Positions 1-10,436 of a DNA stretch of 64,000 nucleotides are shown piece after piece; position 1 is the stretch's first letter, and each line of letters opens with the position of its first letter. Source of the DNA: an uncultured delta proteobacterium (GTDB lineage Bacteria > Desulfobacterota > Desulfuromonadia > Desulfuromonadales > JACZKF01); assembly GCA_963816395.1 (NCBI GenBank), contig CAWFKQ010000001.1, positions 32,001-96,000 of the forward strand, given 5' to 3'. The notes below the pieces were generated by a model. The model was not told where the DNA came from. It did no database searches and saw only the letters and a program-made list of their open reading frames with translations. The position numbers and the translations under genes were made by a program.

Positions 1-1083
1 TGCTGGCAAAAGGAGGCGACGAGGGGCTGCGGGCTTTGGGGACCGCGCGGGAGAAAAAAATTCCCTTCGATTTGCTGCTGCTCGATGCGCATATGCCGGA
101 GATGGATGGTTTTTCGGTCGCCGAACAGATCAGGCGAAACCCGACCCTGCAAGGCTCGACGGTGATGATGGTGACCTCGGACGACGTCGGCGCGGCTGCC
201 GCCCGCTGCCGCGACCTGGGGATTGCCCGTTATCTGGTCAAGCCGGTCAAACAGTCTGAGCTGTTCAACGCCATTGTCGAACTGATGAACCGCCCCCCGG
301 GCGAGATCTCCTCCCCGCCAGATGGAGGCGCAGGAGACCTCGGAAGTGCAGGTCTCCGCCAGCAATCTGCACATCCTGCTGGCCGAGGATAACCCTATCA
401 ATCAGCGCTTGGCGACCGTACTGTTGGAGAAGAAAGGCTGGCGGGTCACCGCCGTGCCGAACGGCGCGGCGGCTTTACGGGCCTTTGTACCGGAACGTTT
501 CGATGTCATCCTGATGGATGTGCAGATGCCGGAACTGGACGGGCTGGAGGCAACCCGCCGCCTTCGCCAGAAGGAGGCGGCAGGAGCCCGGCGGGTGCCG
601 GTGATCGGCCTGACCGCCCACGCCATGCAGGGGGATCGGGAGAAATGCCTGGAAGCCGGGATGGACGATTATGTCGCCAAGCCGATCCGACCCGAAATTC
701 TGTACCTGGCGATCGAGCGCTGTCTGCGGGGAGAGAGCGCGACAGTTCAGGAAAGCACCGCTGTCGATATCACCGATGCCCTCGCGGCAGTGGATGGGGA
801 CAGGAAATTTCTCCGGGAGCTGGCCGATCAGTTGATTAATGATTTCCCCTGGCAGGTTACGGAACTGCGGAATGCCCTGGCTGAGCGGGATGCCAAAAAA
901 CTGGAGAGGCTGGCGCACAGCCTCAAGTCGGTGGTCGGCATTTTCGGCGCCCGTCTCGCCGTCGAGCTGTCCCAGGAACTGGAATGGCTGGGAGAAAGGG
1001 AGAAGCTCGAGGAGGCGCCGAAGGTTTTGCAGAAACTGGAACAGGAGCTCGAGAAAGTCAAGAGTGCCCTGGTGCAGATGTGA
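1..1083 (+). CDS. C-terminal part of hybrid sensor kinase (REC-REC-Hpt); runs off window start, frameshift near 300-330
   Basis: ORF 36..392 has a receiver motif (LLLLDAHMPEMDG...YLVKP). ORF 322..1083 has a second receiver (ILLAEDN, ILMDVQMP) and an Hpt motif (AHSLKS). Confidence 0.85.
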
Positions 1084-1135
1084 TTTCCGCGCAATCATGA
1101 ACAAAAGCGGCCGTCCGCGGCTGAAAGGAGGCAAC

Positions 1136-1426
1136 ATGTTGAGACATCTGGTTTTTTTCAGGTTCAACGACGGGGTGAGGGAAGAGGAGATCCGCGACCT
1201 CGAGCAGAGCCTGGCCGCGCTCCCTGGGATCATTCCGGAGATCGACGGCTTTGAATTCGGGCGGGACGTGGTCCGCTCCGAACGTTCATACGATTTCGCC
1301 CTGGTATCGACCTTTGCCGACCTGACGGCGATGCAGCGCTACCAGGTGCATCCTGAGCACCAGGCGGTGCTCGCCAAGGTCCGTCAGCTTTGTTCCAGTG
1401 TGGTGGTGGTTGATTACCAGGTGTAG
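1136..1426 (+). CDS. Dabb family (stress-responsive A/B barrel) protein
   Basis: AAAGGAGG RBS; MLRHLVFFRF...YQVHPEHQ...VVVDY pattern. Confidence 0.85.
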   Translation: MLRHLVFFRFNDGVREEEIRDLEQSLAALPGIIPEIDGFEFGRDVVRSERSYDFALVSTFADLTAMQRYQVHPEHQAVLAKVRQLCSSVVVVDYQV

Positions 1427-1438
1427 CCGCAGGCACGT

Positions 1439-1465
1439 GAAACCATTCCCACGCGGGATGGTTTT
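1439..1465 (+). terminator. Putative terminator hairpin
   Basis: AAACCATTCCC-acgc-GGGATGGTTTT just after the Dabb stop. Confidence 0.5.
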
Positions 1466-1526
1466 ACTGGAAATATAAACAGCACACTGATAATATGTAC
1501 TGTTACTTTCTGCGCTGGAGCGGCAG

Positions 1527-1946
1527 ATGAGCGGGTTTGATGTCGAGAAGAGTGTCGGTTTCCTGCTGGCGAAAGCCCATCAGCGTTTGTACGCTTTTTT
1601 TCGTCAGGAGCTGGCGGGTTACGGGATTACCCCCCCGCAATTCGCGCTGCTGGCCTTTCTCTGGAAGCAGGACGGCTTGTCCCAGGTGGAGTTGTCGGAG
1701 AAAACGGAGGTGGACCGGACCACCATCGGCGGACTGGTCGATCGCCTGGAAAAGGCAGGCCTGGTTGAAAGGTATCCCAGCCCGGTCGACCGGCGGGCCC
1801 ACCTGGTCTATTTAACGGCAAAGGGAAGATCGCTGGAAGAGGAACTTGGCCGCATCGCTCTGCGGGTGCGGTGTCGATACACCGCCGCCTTAGCCCCCGC
1901 CGAGTATGACAACCTCTGCGAGCTGTTGGAAAAACTGCGCGGTTGA
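1527..1946 (+). CDS. MarR family transcriptional regulator
   Basis: ITPPQF...LSQVELSE...LVDRLEKAGLVER...DRRA winged-helix motif; heads the efflux operon. Confidence 0.92.
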   Translation: MSGFDVEKSVGFLLAKAHQRLYAFFRQELAGYGITPPQFALLAFLWKQDGLSQVELSEKTEVDRTTIGGLVDRLEKAGLVERYPSPVDRRAHLVYLTAKGRSLEEELGRIALRVRCRYTAALAPAEYDNLCELLEKLRG

Positions 1947-1960
1947 AGAGGGAGGAAGCG

Positions 1961-3231
1961 ATGAAGATGAGCCGCATGCTGCCGATACTGTGCCTTTTCG
2001 GGATTTGGGCGTCGCCGGCGGCCGCCCTCAGCCTGGTTGAGTGCCTTCACTTGGCCCAGGAGCACAATCCCACCCTGCAGGCCGCGGCGCTGGAGCCGGT
2101 GATCGCCGGTGAGGCGGTGACCCGGGCCCGCAGCGGCTATCTGCCACGGGTCGATGCCCGTGGCGCTTATACCGTGCAGAAGGACCCGCAGGCGGTGATT
2201 ATCTCCGGTCGAACGGAGCCGACGCAGCAGGCGCAGTATCCTTCCGCCAGCATCACGGCGGAGCAGACCCTTTACGACTTCGGCCTTACCGCCGCCCGGG
2301 TTGGCCGGAACCAGGCCCTGCAGGCGGCGGCGGTGGCAGATTACCGGGGCGTGGAACAGAATATTTTTCTGCGTACCACGGTAGCCTACTATTCCATCCT
2401 CGAGGCGGATGAACTCCGCAAGGCGGCGGCGCAGGAAGTGGAGCAGTTCACCGATCACCTGCGGGTGGCCCAATCGCTGTACCAGCAGGGGACGGTCACC
2501 CGCAACGACGTGCTGCAGGCCCAGGTGCAACTGGCCGACAGCCGGCAGCTGCTCCTGGCCCGGGAGAACCAGGTGGAGAACAACTGGCTGCAGCTCAATT
2601 ATCTGACCGGCCGGCCGGCCGAGGAGCGCGGCGAGTTGGAGGCAAAGCTTCCCTTCGCTCTGGCCGAGGCCCCTCCCTCTCCTGCCGGCGCGGTTTCCGA
2701 CCGCCCGCAGTTGCAGGCACAGCGGCAGATCGTGGCGGCTGAGCAGGAAGAGGTGCGGACGAACCGGCGTAAATTCTGGCCGACGATCTTCGCCCGGGGC
2801 GGTATCGATTACGTGGATAACAAGTACGTCGCCGAGCAGGCGATCTATTCGGCCACCTCGGTCTTCGCGTGAACCTCTTCGACGGTTTCGCCAAGGTCGC
2901 GGATTATCGGGAGTCGGTGGCCCGGCTGACCCGGGAACGCAGGCGACTGCAGGACCTGCAGGAGCAGTCGCAGGTGGAGTACCGCACGGCCCTGAACGAC
3001 GCCCAGGTGGCGAGGGCCCGGGTCAAAGTGGCCGAGGAAGCGATCCGTGCGGGGGAGGAAAACCTGCGGATCAATCGCAACCGCTACCGCGAACAGGTCG
3101 GCACCGCCACTGATGTCATCGACGCCCAGACCCTGCTGACCCGCACCCGCACGGAATATTTCCAGGCCCAGCTCGATTATCAGTTGGCTGTTGCCCGGGT
3201 CAAGTGGGTGGCGGGGGAACTGCATCTGTAG
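1961..3231 (+). CDS. TolC-family outer membrane efflux protein (frameshift near 2860)
   Basis: Signal peptide plus OEP repeats split across ORFs 1943..2872 and 2869..3231. Confidence 0.85.
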
Positions 3232-3289
3232 GACATACAATCTCACTACCTCACTGTCTGTTGGGTTGCAAACCAGGGAGTAAACCAAG

Positions 3290-4378
3290 ATGACCGATCA
3301 GGTCACCGAAAAAAGAGAAGAAAAAACCAAAGTCAACGGCAGTCGGCGCCGGCGGGCTATATTCATTCTGCTGTTTCTGGTTATCGTTGGGGTGATCGCC
3401 GGCGGCTGGTTCTGGTACCGCAGCAAGGCTTTCGTCAGCACCGACGATGCCTTCATCGAGTCCCACATCTATTCCATCTCCGCCCGCATTTCCGGCCATG
3501 TCACCGCCGTGCCGGTGGAAGACAACCAGCAGGTCAGCCGTGGAGACCTGCTCGTTGCCCTGGACCCGGCCGACTACGAGGTCAAGGTGCACATCGCCGA
3601 GGCCAAACTGGCCCAGGCGCAGAACCAGACCACCGGCGATTATGCCCAGGTGGCGGCGGCCAAGGCGGCGGTGCAGCAGGCGCAGGCACAGCTCGAACAG
3701 GCCGATCTCGACCTGAAGCGGGGCAAGGCCCTGCTGGCCGACCAGACCATTCCCAAGGAGCAGGTCGACCGTCTGGAAACGGCCCGCCGGGTCGCTGCCA
3801 GCCGGGTCCACGAGGCCGAGCAGCGGCTGCGGCGAGCACAGGCGATGGTCGCCAGCTCGGCAGAAGTCGGCGGGCAGGAAGCACTGATTGCGCAGCGGCA
3901 GGCGGAACTGGCCCAGGCCAGGCTGAATCTTTCCTATACGCAGATTACCGCCCCCGCCGACGGCTACGTCACCCGCAAATCGGTGGAAGTGGGGACCAAC
4001 GTCCAGCCCGGGCAGCCGCTCATGGCGGTGGTGCAGCTGGCGGACTCCTGGGTGGTGGCCAACTATAAGGAAAGCCAGCTCACCCACGTTCATCCGGGGC
4101 AGAAGGTGACTTTCACCGTCGATGCCTATCCGGGGCGCGAATTCTCCGGGCAGGTCAACAGCATCATGGCCGGCACCGGCGCGGCGTTCTCTCTGCTGCC
4201 GCCGGAGAACGCCACCGGCAACTACGTCAAGGTGGTGCAGCGGGTGCCGGTGAAGATCATCATCGACCGGGAAAGCGACCCCAAACACCTGCTGCGGGTA
4301 GGGATGAGCGTCGTCCCGACGATCCACACCGGGAGGACCCTGGGGGAGGTGCTGAGCGGGCTCAACCCGTTCGACTGA
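3290..4378 (+). CDS. emrA: HlyD/EmrA family membrane fusion protein
   Basis: STDDAFI, ITAPADG and FSLLPPENATGNYVKVVQRVPVKI motifs. Confidence 0.9.
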   Translation: MTDQVTEKREEKTKVNGSRRRRAIFILLFLVIVGVIAGGWFWYRSKAFVSTDDAFIESHIYSISARISGHVTAVPVEDNQQVSRGDLLVALDPADYEVKVHIAEAKLAQAQNQTTGDYAQVAAAKAAVQQAQAQLEQADLDLKRGKALLADQTIPKEQVDRLETARRVAASRVHEAEQRLRRAQAMVASSAEVGGQEALIAQRQAELAQARLNLSYTQITAPADGYVTRKSVEVGTNVQPGQPLMAVVQLADSWVVANYKESQLTHVHPGQKVTFTVDAYPGREFSGQVNSIMAGTGAAFSLLPPENATGNYVKVVQRVPVKIIIDRESDPKHLLRVGMSVVPTIHTGRTLGEVLSGLNPFD

Positions 4379-4404
4379 ACAAGTTGCCGAAGCCAACCCG
4401 AAGG

Positions 4405-4580
4405 GCGGTTCACGCAACGGCGCAACGAACGCAACGAAAAGCCATGGGTTCGAATGTCTTGGGAAAAGATTAAGATCTTGAATTGCGTGGCGTCGTTGCG
4501 TCGTCTGAGTAAAGGTTCACCAGCCCTTTTCCCCGGTTCTTCTTCGCGGGCCTTCGCGGCTTCGCGTGAGTAAAGGTTCA
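4405..4580. repeat. Intergenic REP-like composite repeat
   Basis: CGCAACG x3 paired with the inverted CGTTGCG; CTTCGCG x3; TGAGTAAAGGTTCA occurs twice. Confidence 0.55.
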
Positions 4581-4587
4581 AAGCTTG

Positions 4588-6150
4588 ATGGCATCCGCCG
4601 ACGAAAAAGTCGTCAATAAATGGCTGATCACGGTCACCGTGATGCTGCCGACGATCATGGAGATCGTCGACACCTCGGTGGCCAACGTCGCCCTTCCGCA
4701 CATGCAGGGGAGCCTGAACGCCGGCACCGACGAGATCACCTGGGTGCTGACCTCCTACCTGGTGGCCAATGCCGTGGTCCTGCCGATGACCGGCTGGCTC
4801 TCGCGCCTGTTCGGGCGCAAGCGCTTCCTGATCACCTGCATCATCCTGTTCACCCTGGCCTCTTTCCTCTGCGGGGCGGCGCCCAACCTCGGCTTCCTCA
4901 TCGTTTTCCGCATTCTGCAGGGGGCGGCCGGCGGGGCGCTGATCCCCAACAGCCAGGCGATCCTGATGGAGACCTTTCCGCCCAAGGAGCAGGGGATGGC
5001 CATGGCCATCTTCGGCATCGGCGCCATGTTCGGGCCGATCATCGGCCCGGCCCTCGGCGGCTACGTCACCGACCAGCTCAACTGGCGCTGGATCTTCTAC
5101 ATCAACCTGCCGATCGGGGTGATCGCGGTGATCATGGCCGCCGCCTTCCTCTTCGATCCCGCCTACTTGCGCAACCGGCAGAAGATCAGCATCGACTACT
5201 GGGGGCTGGCGCTGCTGACCATCGGCTTTCGGCTCCCTGCAGGTGGTGCTCGACAAGGGACAGCAGGACGACTGGTTCCAGTCCTCCTTCATCGTCGCCT
5301 TCGCCATCATTTCCGCTCTTTCCCTGATTCTGCTGATCTTCGTCGAGCTGCGCCATCCGCATCCGATCGTCAACCTGCGGCTGTTCCGAATCGTCTCCTA
5401 TTCGGCCGGCAACTTCCTGATGTTCATCTTCGGCTTCTGCCTGTACAGCGCCATCATGCTCATCCCCCTCTTCCTGCAGACGCTGATGGGCTACGACGCC
5501 ACCCTGGCCGGGATGGTCCTGGCGCCGGGGGGGATCGCCACCCTGATCACCATGCCCTTCGTCGGCGTCGCGCTCTCCCGCGGCGTCGACGGGCGCTGGA
5601 TCGTCCTCTGCGGCCTGTGCATCGGCGCCACGGCGATGTTCATCATGCAGGGGTTCACCCTGGAGGCCTCCTACTGGGACTTCGTCTGGCCGCGGATCGT
5701 CCTCGGCTTCGGTCTGGGGATGATCTTCGTGCCGCTGACGACGGTCACCCTGGCGGCCATCCCCAAGCCGGAGATGGGCAACGCCACCGGCATCTACAAC
5801 CTGCTGCGCAACATCGGCGGCAGCGTCGGCATCGCCGTCTCGGCCACCCTGCTGGCCCGCTTCAGCCAGCTCTACCAGAACGTGCTGGTCGGCCACGTCA
5901 ACCCCTACGATCCCCTCGCCCAGCAGCGTCTGGCCGCCCTCAGCCGCGCCGCCCTCGCCCGGGGAACCGACCCGGTGACCGCCGACCAGACCGCTCTCGC
6001 CACCTTGTACCGAATGGTGCAGCGGCAGGCGGGGATGCTCGCCTACAATCACATCTTCTGGATCCTCGGCATCGCTTTCCTGGCGGTCATTCCCTTCCTG
6101 CTTCCTGCTGCGGAAAGCCAAGGGGAGTGCCCCGGCCGGCCTGCACTGAC
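4588..6150 (+). CDS. emrB: DHA2 family MFS efflux permease (EmrB/QacA), frameshift near 5230 and probably near the 3' end
   Basis: DTSVANVALPHM, WVLTSYL, WRWIFYINLPIG, LDKGQQDDWF and NLLRNIGGSVG motifs across two frames. Confidence 0.88.
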
Positions 6151-6338
6151 CCTTCGATAAAGCTTCGGCTGGAAAGTCAGGGAAATAGAGGGGGGCGCCG
6201 AGGGGGCACGGGGCGGGAGGGAGGACGCCGGACATCGGCCGGAAGCGGTCGCGGCGCCTTCGACTGAAAAATGCATTGCAGAGATATCGCCGCCGTCCGG
6301 AAACGGCGGCACAGGCCTATTCGGGCGAACTCAACAGT

Positions 6339-6815
6339 TCATTCGACGGGATACTGGGCGTCCTTCCAGCCGCTGAAGCCTTCGCGGAGCCATCTGACGT
6401 CGCGGTGGCCGGCCCGGATGGCGAGGACGGCCGCTTTGTAGGAGGTCCAACCGTCCGCCCCGACGCAATAGAAGACCACGGTTGCCCCCTTGTTAGGCGG
6501 AAGTTTCCCGACATCGAACTTATCGACCGAGGGGTCGAAATCGATGGTCCGCCCGCTCTTCTCCACATACGAGAGCTGCTTGGCGCTGGGGATATGGCCA
6601 CTGCCGAATTCGCCGGCAGAACGCAAATCGAAAAATTCTGTCCTGCCTTGGTCGAGAAGCTGCTTTGCCGCAACGTGAGAGATGACCTCTCCGCCTTTGA
6701 GTGACGTCGGGGTCACCGGGGCTATGCTTTCCGCCGCCCCCGCCGCCAGGGCGGAGGAGAGGAAAAGCACAGAGATGAACAAAGCGGAACGGGACAACAG
6801 GTGGAAACTCGGCAT
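6339..6815 (-). CDS. Exported rhodanese-like domain protein
   Basis: AAAGGAGG RBS, signal peptide, FDLRS..EF..GHIPSA, VVFYC and WLREGFSGW motifs. Confidence 0.85.
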   Translation of the reverse strand: MPSFHLLSRSALFISVLFLSSALAAGAAESIAPVTPTSLKGGEVISHVAAKQLLDQGRTEFFDLRSAGEFGSGHIPSAKQLSYVEKSGRTIDFDPSVDKFDVGKLPPNKGATVVFYCVGADGWTSYKAAVLAIRAGHRDVRWLREGFSGWKDAQYPVE

Positions 6816-7198
6816 GTCGGCACCTCCTTTGTAGGCGACTAACGATGTTCTATTGTATAGCATAAATTTACCGTTAGGAAAAATATTATCTAAACTATGC
6901 CTCGTTTTACCATAGTTATCCTATTATACCATTGTTCTACCTAGTCTGACCCGATGAAGCCTGCGCTCCCCTTGCTGAAGGCGCTCTCTTAAACCTGTTC
7001 TTAGGAGAGTTTGCAAGCCGGCGCTTGCCGTTATTTTTAAGATGGAAGGTTGGTTCCGTCGCGGCCCTCGCCCTGACCCGGGCGGCAATGCTACCTCCGG
7101 CTTGTTGCGGGGAGGGGCAGCGAAAAGAGCAACGTTCCGACCGCGGATGTGGTAAAAGACGGCCGACGGTTTTTCCGCGAAGAGAGAGTGAGGGTGAG

Positions 7199-8092
7199 AT
7201 GCCGATAGAGTGGTACCCAGGGCACATGGCGAAGGCGCGGCGGGAGATTGCCGATGCCATCAGGAAATTCGACGTGATCATCGAAGTCCTCGACGCCCGC
7301 CTCCCCGCCTCCAGCTCCAATCCCATTCTTGGCAAGCTGCGCGGCGGAAAACCGTGCATCAAGGTCCTGAATAAGCAAGATCTCGCCGATCCGGCGGTTA
7401 CCCGGGAATGGGTTCGCCACTTCGAGCAGCAGCCCGGCATCCGGGCGCTCCCCCTCGATGCCAAGCAGCGCAGCGCGGCGGGCCTCCTTGCCAAGCTCTG
7501 CCGCCGCCTGGCGTCGCACCGCGGAAAGCCCGGCAAGCCGCTGCGCGCCATGGTCATCGGCATCCCGAACGTCGGCAAGTCGACCCTCATCAATACCTTG
7601 GCCGGCCGACGCATCACCAGGGTCGGCGACAAGCCCGCCATCACCACCTGCGCCCAGCAGGTCGATCTGCGCAACGGCATCCTGCTCTCCGATACCCCGG
7701 GGCTGCTCTGGCCGGACATGAGCAACCAGACCGGAGCCTACCGGCTGGCGGCGAGCGGCGCCATCGGCGATGCGGCCATGGACTATGCCGAGGTGGCCCT
7801 TTTCGCCGCCGACTTCATGGCGCGCCGCTACCCGGACCTCCTCACCGGCCGCTATGGCCTTGATGCCCTGCCGGAGAGCCCGACGGCGATCATCGGGGAA
7901 ATTGGCCGGCGCCGCGGCTGCATCGCGGGCGGCGGGGAAATCGACTTCACACGGGCGGCAGGGCTGTTTCTCCGGGAACTGCGGGGGGGAGTGCTTGGGC
8001 GGCTCAGTTTCGAAGAGCCCGGCGAAAAGTCGGGTGAGAAGCCCATGGGGGAGGACGATGACATGGCGGCGGAGCCGGAGCAGCAATCCTGA
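7199..8092 (+). CDS. rbgA: Ribosome biogenesis GTPase YlqF/RbgA
   Basis: IEWYPGHMAKA, LDARLP, NKQDL, GIPNVGKSTLIN, DTPGLLWP. Confidence 0.95.
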   Translation: MPIEWYPGHMAKARREIADAIRKFDVIIEVLDARLPASSSNPILGKLRGGKPCIKVLNKQDLADPAVTREWVRHFEQQPGIRALPLDAKQRSAAGLLAKLCRRLASHRGKPGKPLRAMVIGIPNVGKSTLINTLAGRRITRVGDKPAITTCAQQVDLRNGILLSDTPGLLWPDMSNQTGAYRLAASGAIGDAAMDYAEVALFAADFMARRYPDLLTGRYGLDALPESPTAIIGEIGRRRGCIAGGGEIDFTRAAGLFLRELRGGVLGRLSFEEPGEKSGEKPMGEDDDMAAEPEQQS

Positions 8093-8372
8093 AAAACCTT
8101 CGAAGCAAAGCCGCTGGCGACCCTCCTGCGGGGCGTATCCTGTGATCGCCCCTGCGCCCATTCGCGGGCAGACCCATCGGCGGTGGCCCGGGCGTGGAGC
8201 ATCAGAGGAAATTCGGGTCAGCTAGACCCCCGCCCGCTGGCAGGTAAAAATATCGCGATCCTTCGCTCCACGAGGCGGCGTTTCTGCAATACTGGAGGAA
8301 AAGAACCCGGAGTGGAGGAAGCGATGAACGGCAGAACGGAAGGGGAAGGGCGGCCGCCGGCCAGGCCGGCTG

Positions 8373-8840
8373 ATGAAAATCTACCTCAACGATCACCTGG
8401 CCGCCTCGGTGGCAACGCGGGAGCTTGCACGCCGCTGCCTGGGGAACAACCCGGACGGCCCCCTGGGGGAGTTCCTCCGGCGCCTGGAGCGGGAGCTGGA
8501 GGACGACCAGAAGAGCCTGCGGGGGGTTTTGGAGCGCTTCGGCGGCATGGAGGATCGGGCCAAGGAGGCGGCGGCCTGGATTGGCGAGAAACTCGGGCGG
8601 CTGAAGCTGAACGGGCAGCTGACGGGGTATTCCGCCCTCAGCCGCCTGGAGGAACTGGAGGCGCTGGTCCTCGGCATCCGCGGGAAAATGGCTTTATGGG
8701 CTTCGCTGGAGGAGGCGGCGGCGAACCAGGAGCGTCTGCGCGGCCTCGACCTCGCGCACCTGCAGGAACGGGCCCGGCGGCAGCACGAGGAGGCCGAGGG
8801 GCACCGGCGGGAGGCGGCGCGGCGGGCGCTGGGGGTTTGA
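8373..8840 (+). CDS. Conserved hypothetical helical (ferritin-like) protein
   Basis: IYLNDHLA...EKLGRLKLNG...YSALSRLEELE..GIRGK..LW; GC3-rich coding frame. Confidence 0.65.
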   Translation: MKIYLNDHLAASVATRELARRCLGNNPDGPLGEFLRRLERELEDDQKSLRGVLERFGGMEDRAKEAAAWIGEKLGRLKLNGQLTGYSALSRLEELEALVLGIRGKMALWASLEEAAANQERLRGLDLAHLQERARRQHEEAEGHRREAARRALGV

Positions 8841-8978
8841 GTTTCGAACGGGTTTATCGCTGAGAACCGCAGCGCTTGCGGTAGCGCGTATCGGTCTGTG
8901 ACCCTCCGCCCCGTACGTACTGCGCGCATGTCTGGGTCGTTACCTGTCCGCTAGACCGAGAAATTTCAACAAGGAAAA

Positions 8979-9000
8979 GGGGTCAAGTCTTTACTCTTGA
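8979..9000 (+). repeat. Left inverted repeat GGGGTCAAGTCTTTACTCTTGA
   Basis: Inverted copies at 10250-10271 and 10412-10433; partial direct copy at 10973-10989. Contains the transposase stop codon. Confidence 0.9.
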
Positions 9001-9837
9001 TCTTTCAACAATCCGGCTCACCGACGAATAATGCAGGCCGAGCCGGTCGGCGACCTCCTTCTGACTATACCCCCAGCGCTCCACCGCCTCGACGATCCTG
9101 GCGTTCCGTTCCTTGCGGCCCGGTGCCCCGGAGAGCAGATCATCGAGCTCCGGTCGCCCTACCAGACGCTGGCATCTGGGAATTTCGCCGATCTTCGCCT
9201 GGTCTTCGAGAAAGGGTTGGAGCTTTTCGATAAAGCCCTCGCCGCCGAGAGCGATCTGACCCTTCACCCCTTCAAAGGGGCTGTCGGCTTCCATCCCGTC
9301 CCGAACGAAGGCGCAAAAGCGGCGGATCGCCGCAGCCCTCTCCTGCCCGAAACTGCCGAGGACCCAATCGACGCTGAAGCAGGGGTGCGCCTCCTCCATC
9401 CCGCAGGTTCCCCGGTAACTGCTCCAGGGCCAGTCCTCCGGCCCCTTGGCCGCCCCGGCCCGCACCGGGTTGAGGACGACGTAGCGGAGCACCTCCAGCA
9501 GGTGACTCTCCTTCTCGACGAGGATCGCCTTGTAGCGCCCCTGGAAGAGATGCCCGCTCTTGCCGTGCCGGCGGTTGGAGGCCTGGGTGTAGACAGCGCC
9601 CACCTGCCGCATCCCCTTGGAGAGGTTGCCGTCGGGGGTTTCGATGACGAGATGGTAGTGGTTGTCCATCAGGCAGTAGGCGTGGCAGAGCCAGTTGTGG
9701 CGGCGGGCGGTGTGGGCGAGGATGCCGAGGAACCGCTCCCGGTCCTCGTTGTCGACGAAGATGTCCTGCCGGTGGTTGCCCCGGGAGGTGACGTGGTAGA
9801 GGGCGCCGGGATATTCTATGCGCAATGGGCGAGCCAT
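8983..9837 (-). CDS. REP-associated tyrosine (Y1/HUH) transposase with C-terminal HTH
   Basis: MARPLRIEYPGALYHVTSRGN, YCLMDNHYHL (HUH), GHLFQGRYKA, RYVVLNPVRAG (catalytic Y), WPWSSY, C-terminal YSQKEVADRLGLHYSSVSR. Confidence 0.92.
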   Translation of the reverse strand: MARPLRIEYPGALYHVTSRGNHRQDIFVDNEDRERFLGILAHTARRHNWLCHAYCLMDNHYHLVIETPDGNLSKGMRQVGAVYTQASNRRHGKSGHLFQGRYKAILVEKESHLLEVLRYVVLNPVRAGAAKGPEDWPWSSYRGTCGMEEAHPCFSVDWVLGSFGQERAAAIRRFCAFVRDGMEADSPFEGVKGQIALGGEGFIEKLQPFLEDQAKIGEIPRCQRLVGRPELDDLLSGAPGRKERNARIVEAVERWGYSQKEVADRLGLHYSSVSRIVERSRVKT

Positions 9838-9847
9838 CTTTCTTCTC

Positions 9848-10192
9848 CTATCCCCAGTAGATGCCGGTGGGATCGCGGTCGATCTCCTGGAGGAGAAGGT
9901 CGAAGTCCTTCACCGGGTCAATTTCCATATCGGGATGCCAGCGCGAGTTTCGGTCGGCGAAGTAGAGTGACCAGAGGTTGTCTTGGGGATCATACCGGAA
10001 CTGCGCCACGGGCATTTCCGACCACTGGCCCGGCATGCGGAAGGCGGGGCGGCTTTCGTAGAGGGTGACGGTGTTGCCGCGGAATTTGAAGTTGAGGCGG
10101 ATGTCGTTGTGCAGGTGAGTGGGGATTTTCCTTTGGCAGTAGGCTGTGAGTTTCTTTTCGACGAGTTGTTTGACGAGAGGGGGAAGGGGCAT
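9848..10192 (-). CDS. DUF3024 family protein
   Basis: RGNTVTLYESRP...PVAQFRY...WSLY.ADRNSRWH...EIDRDPTGIYWG; AAAGGA RBS. Confidence 0.85.
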   Translation of the reverse strand: MPLPPLVKQLVEKKLTAYCQRKIPTHLHNDIRLNFKFRGNTVTLYESRPAFRMPGQWSEMPVAQFRYDPQDNLWSLYFADRNSRWHPDMEIDPVKDFDLLLQEIDRDPTGIYWG

Positions 10193-10249
10193 GGGTTGGG
10201 TCCTTTTCGGAAGGAAGTCCATGAAAGCATAGATGAGGCCGTCTAAAAG

Positions 10250-10271
10250 TCGAGAGTAAAGACTTGACCCC
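10250..10271 (-). repeat. Right inverted repeat (TCGAGAGTAAAGACTTGACCCC)
   Basis: 21/22 match to the reverse complement of 8979-9000. Confidence 0.9.
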
Positions 10272-10281
10272 TTGATTTGCT

Positions 10282-10433
10282 AGTGGGGATTTTCCTTCGG
10301 CAGTAGGCTGTGAGTTTCTTTTCGACGAGTTGTTTGACGAGAGGGGGAAAGGGGCATGGGTTGTCCTTTTCGGAATGAAGTCCATGAAAGCATAAATGAG
10401 GCCGACTAAAATCAAGAGTAAAGACTTGACCCC
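10282..10433. repeat. ~150-bp diverged direct duplication of 10118-10271 (DUF3024 5' end plus repeat)
   Basis: Near-identical text AGTGGGGATTTTCCTT...AAAGACTTGACCCC with scattered substitutions and indels. Confidence 0.9.
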
Positions 10434-10436
10434 ATA

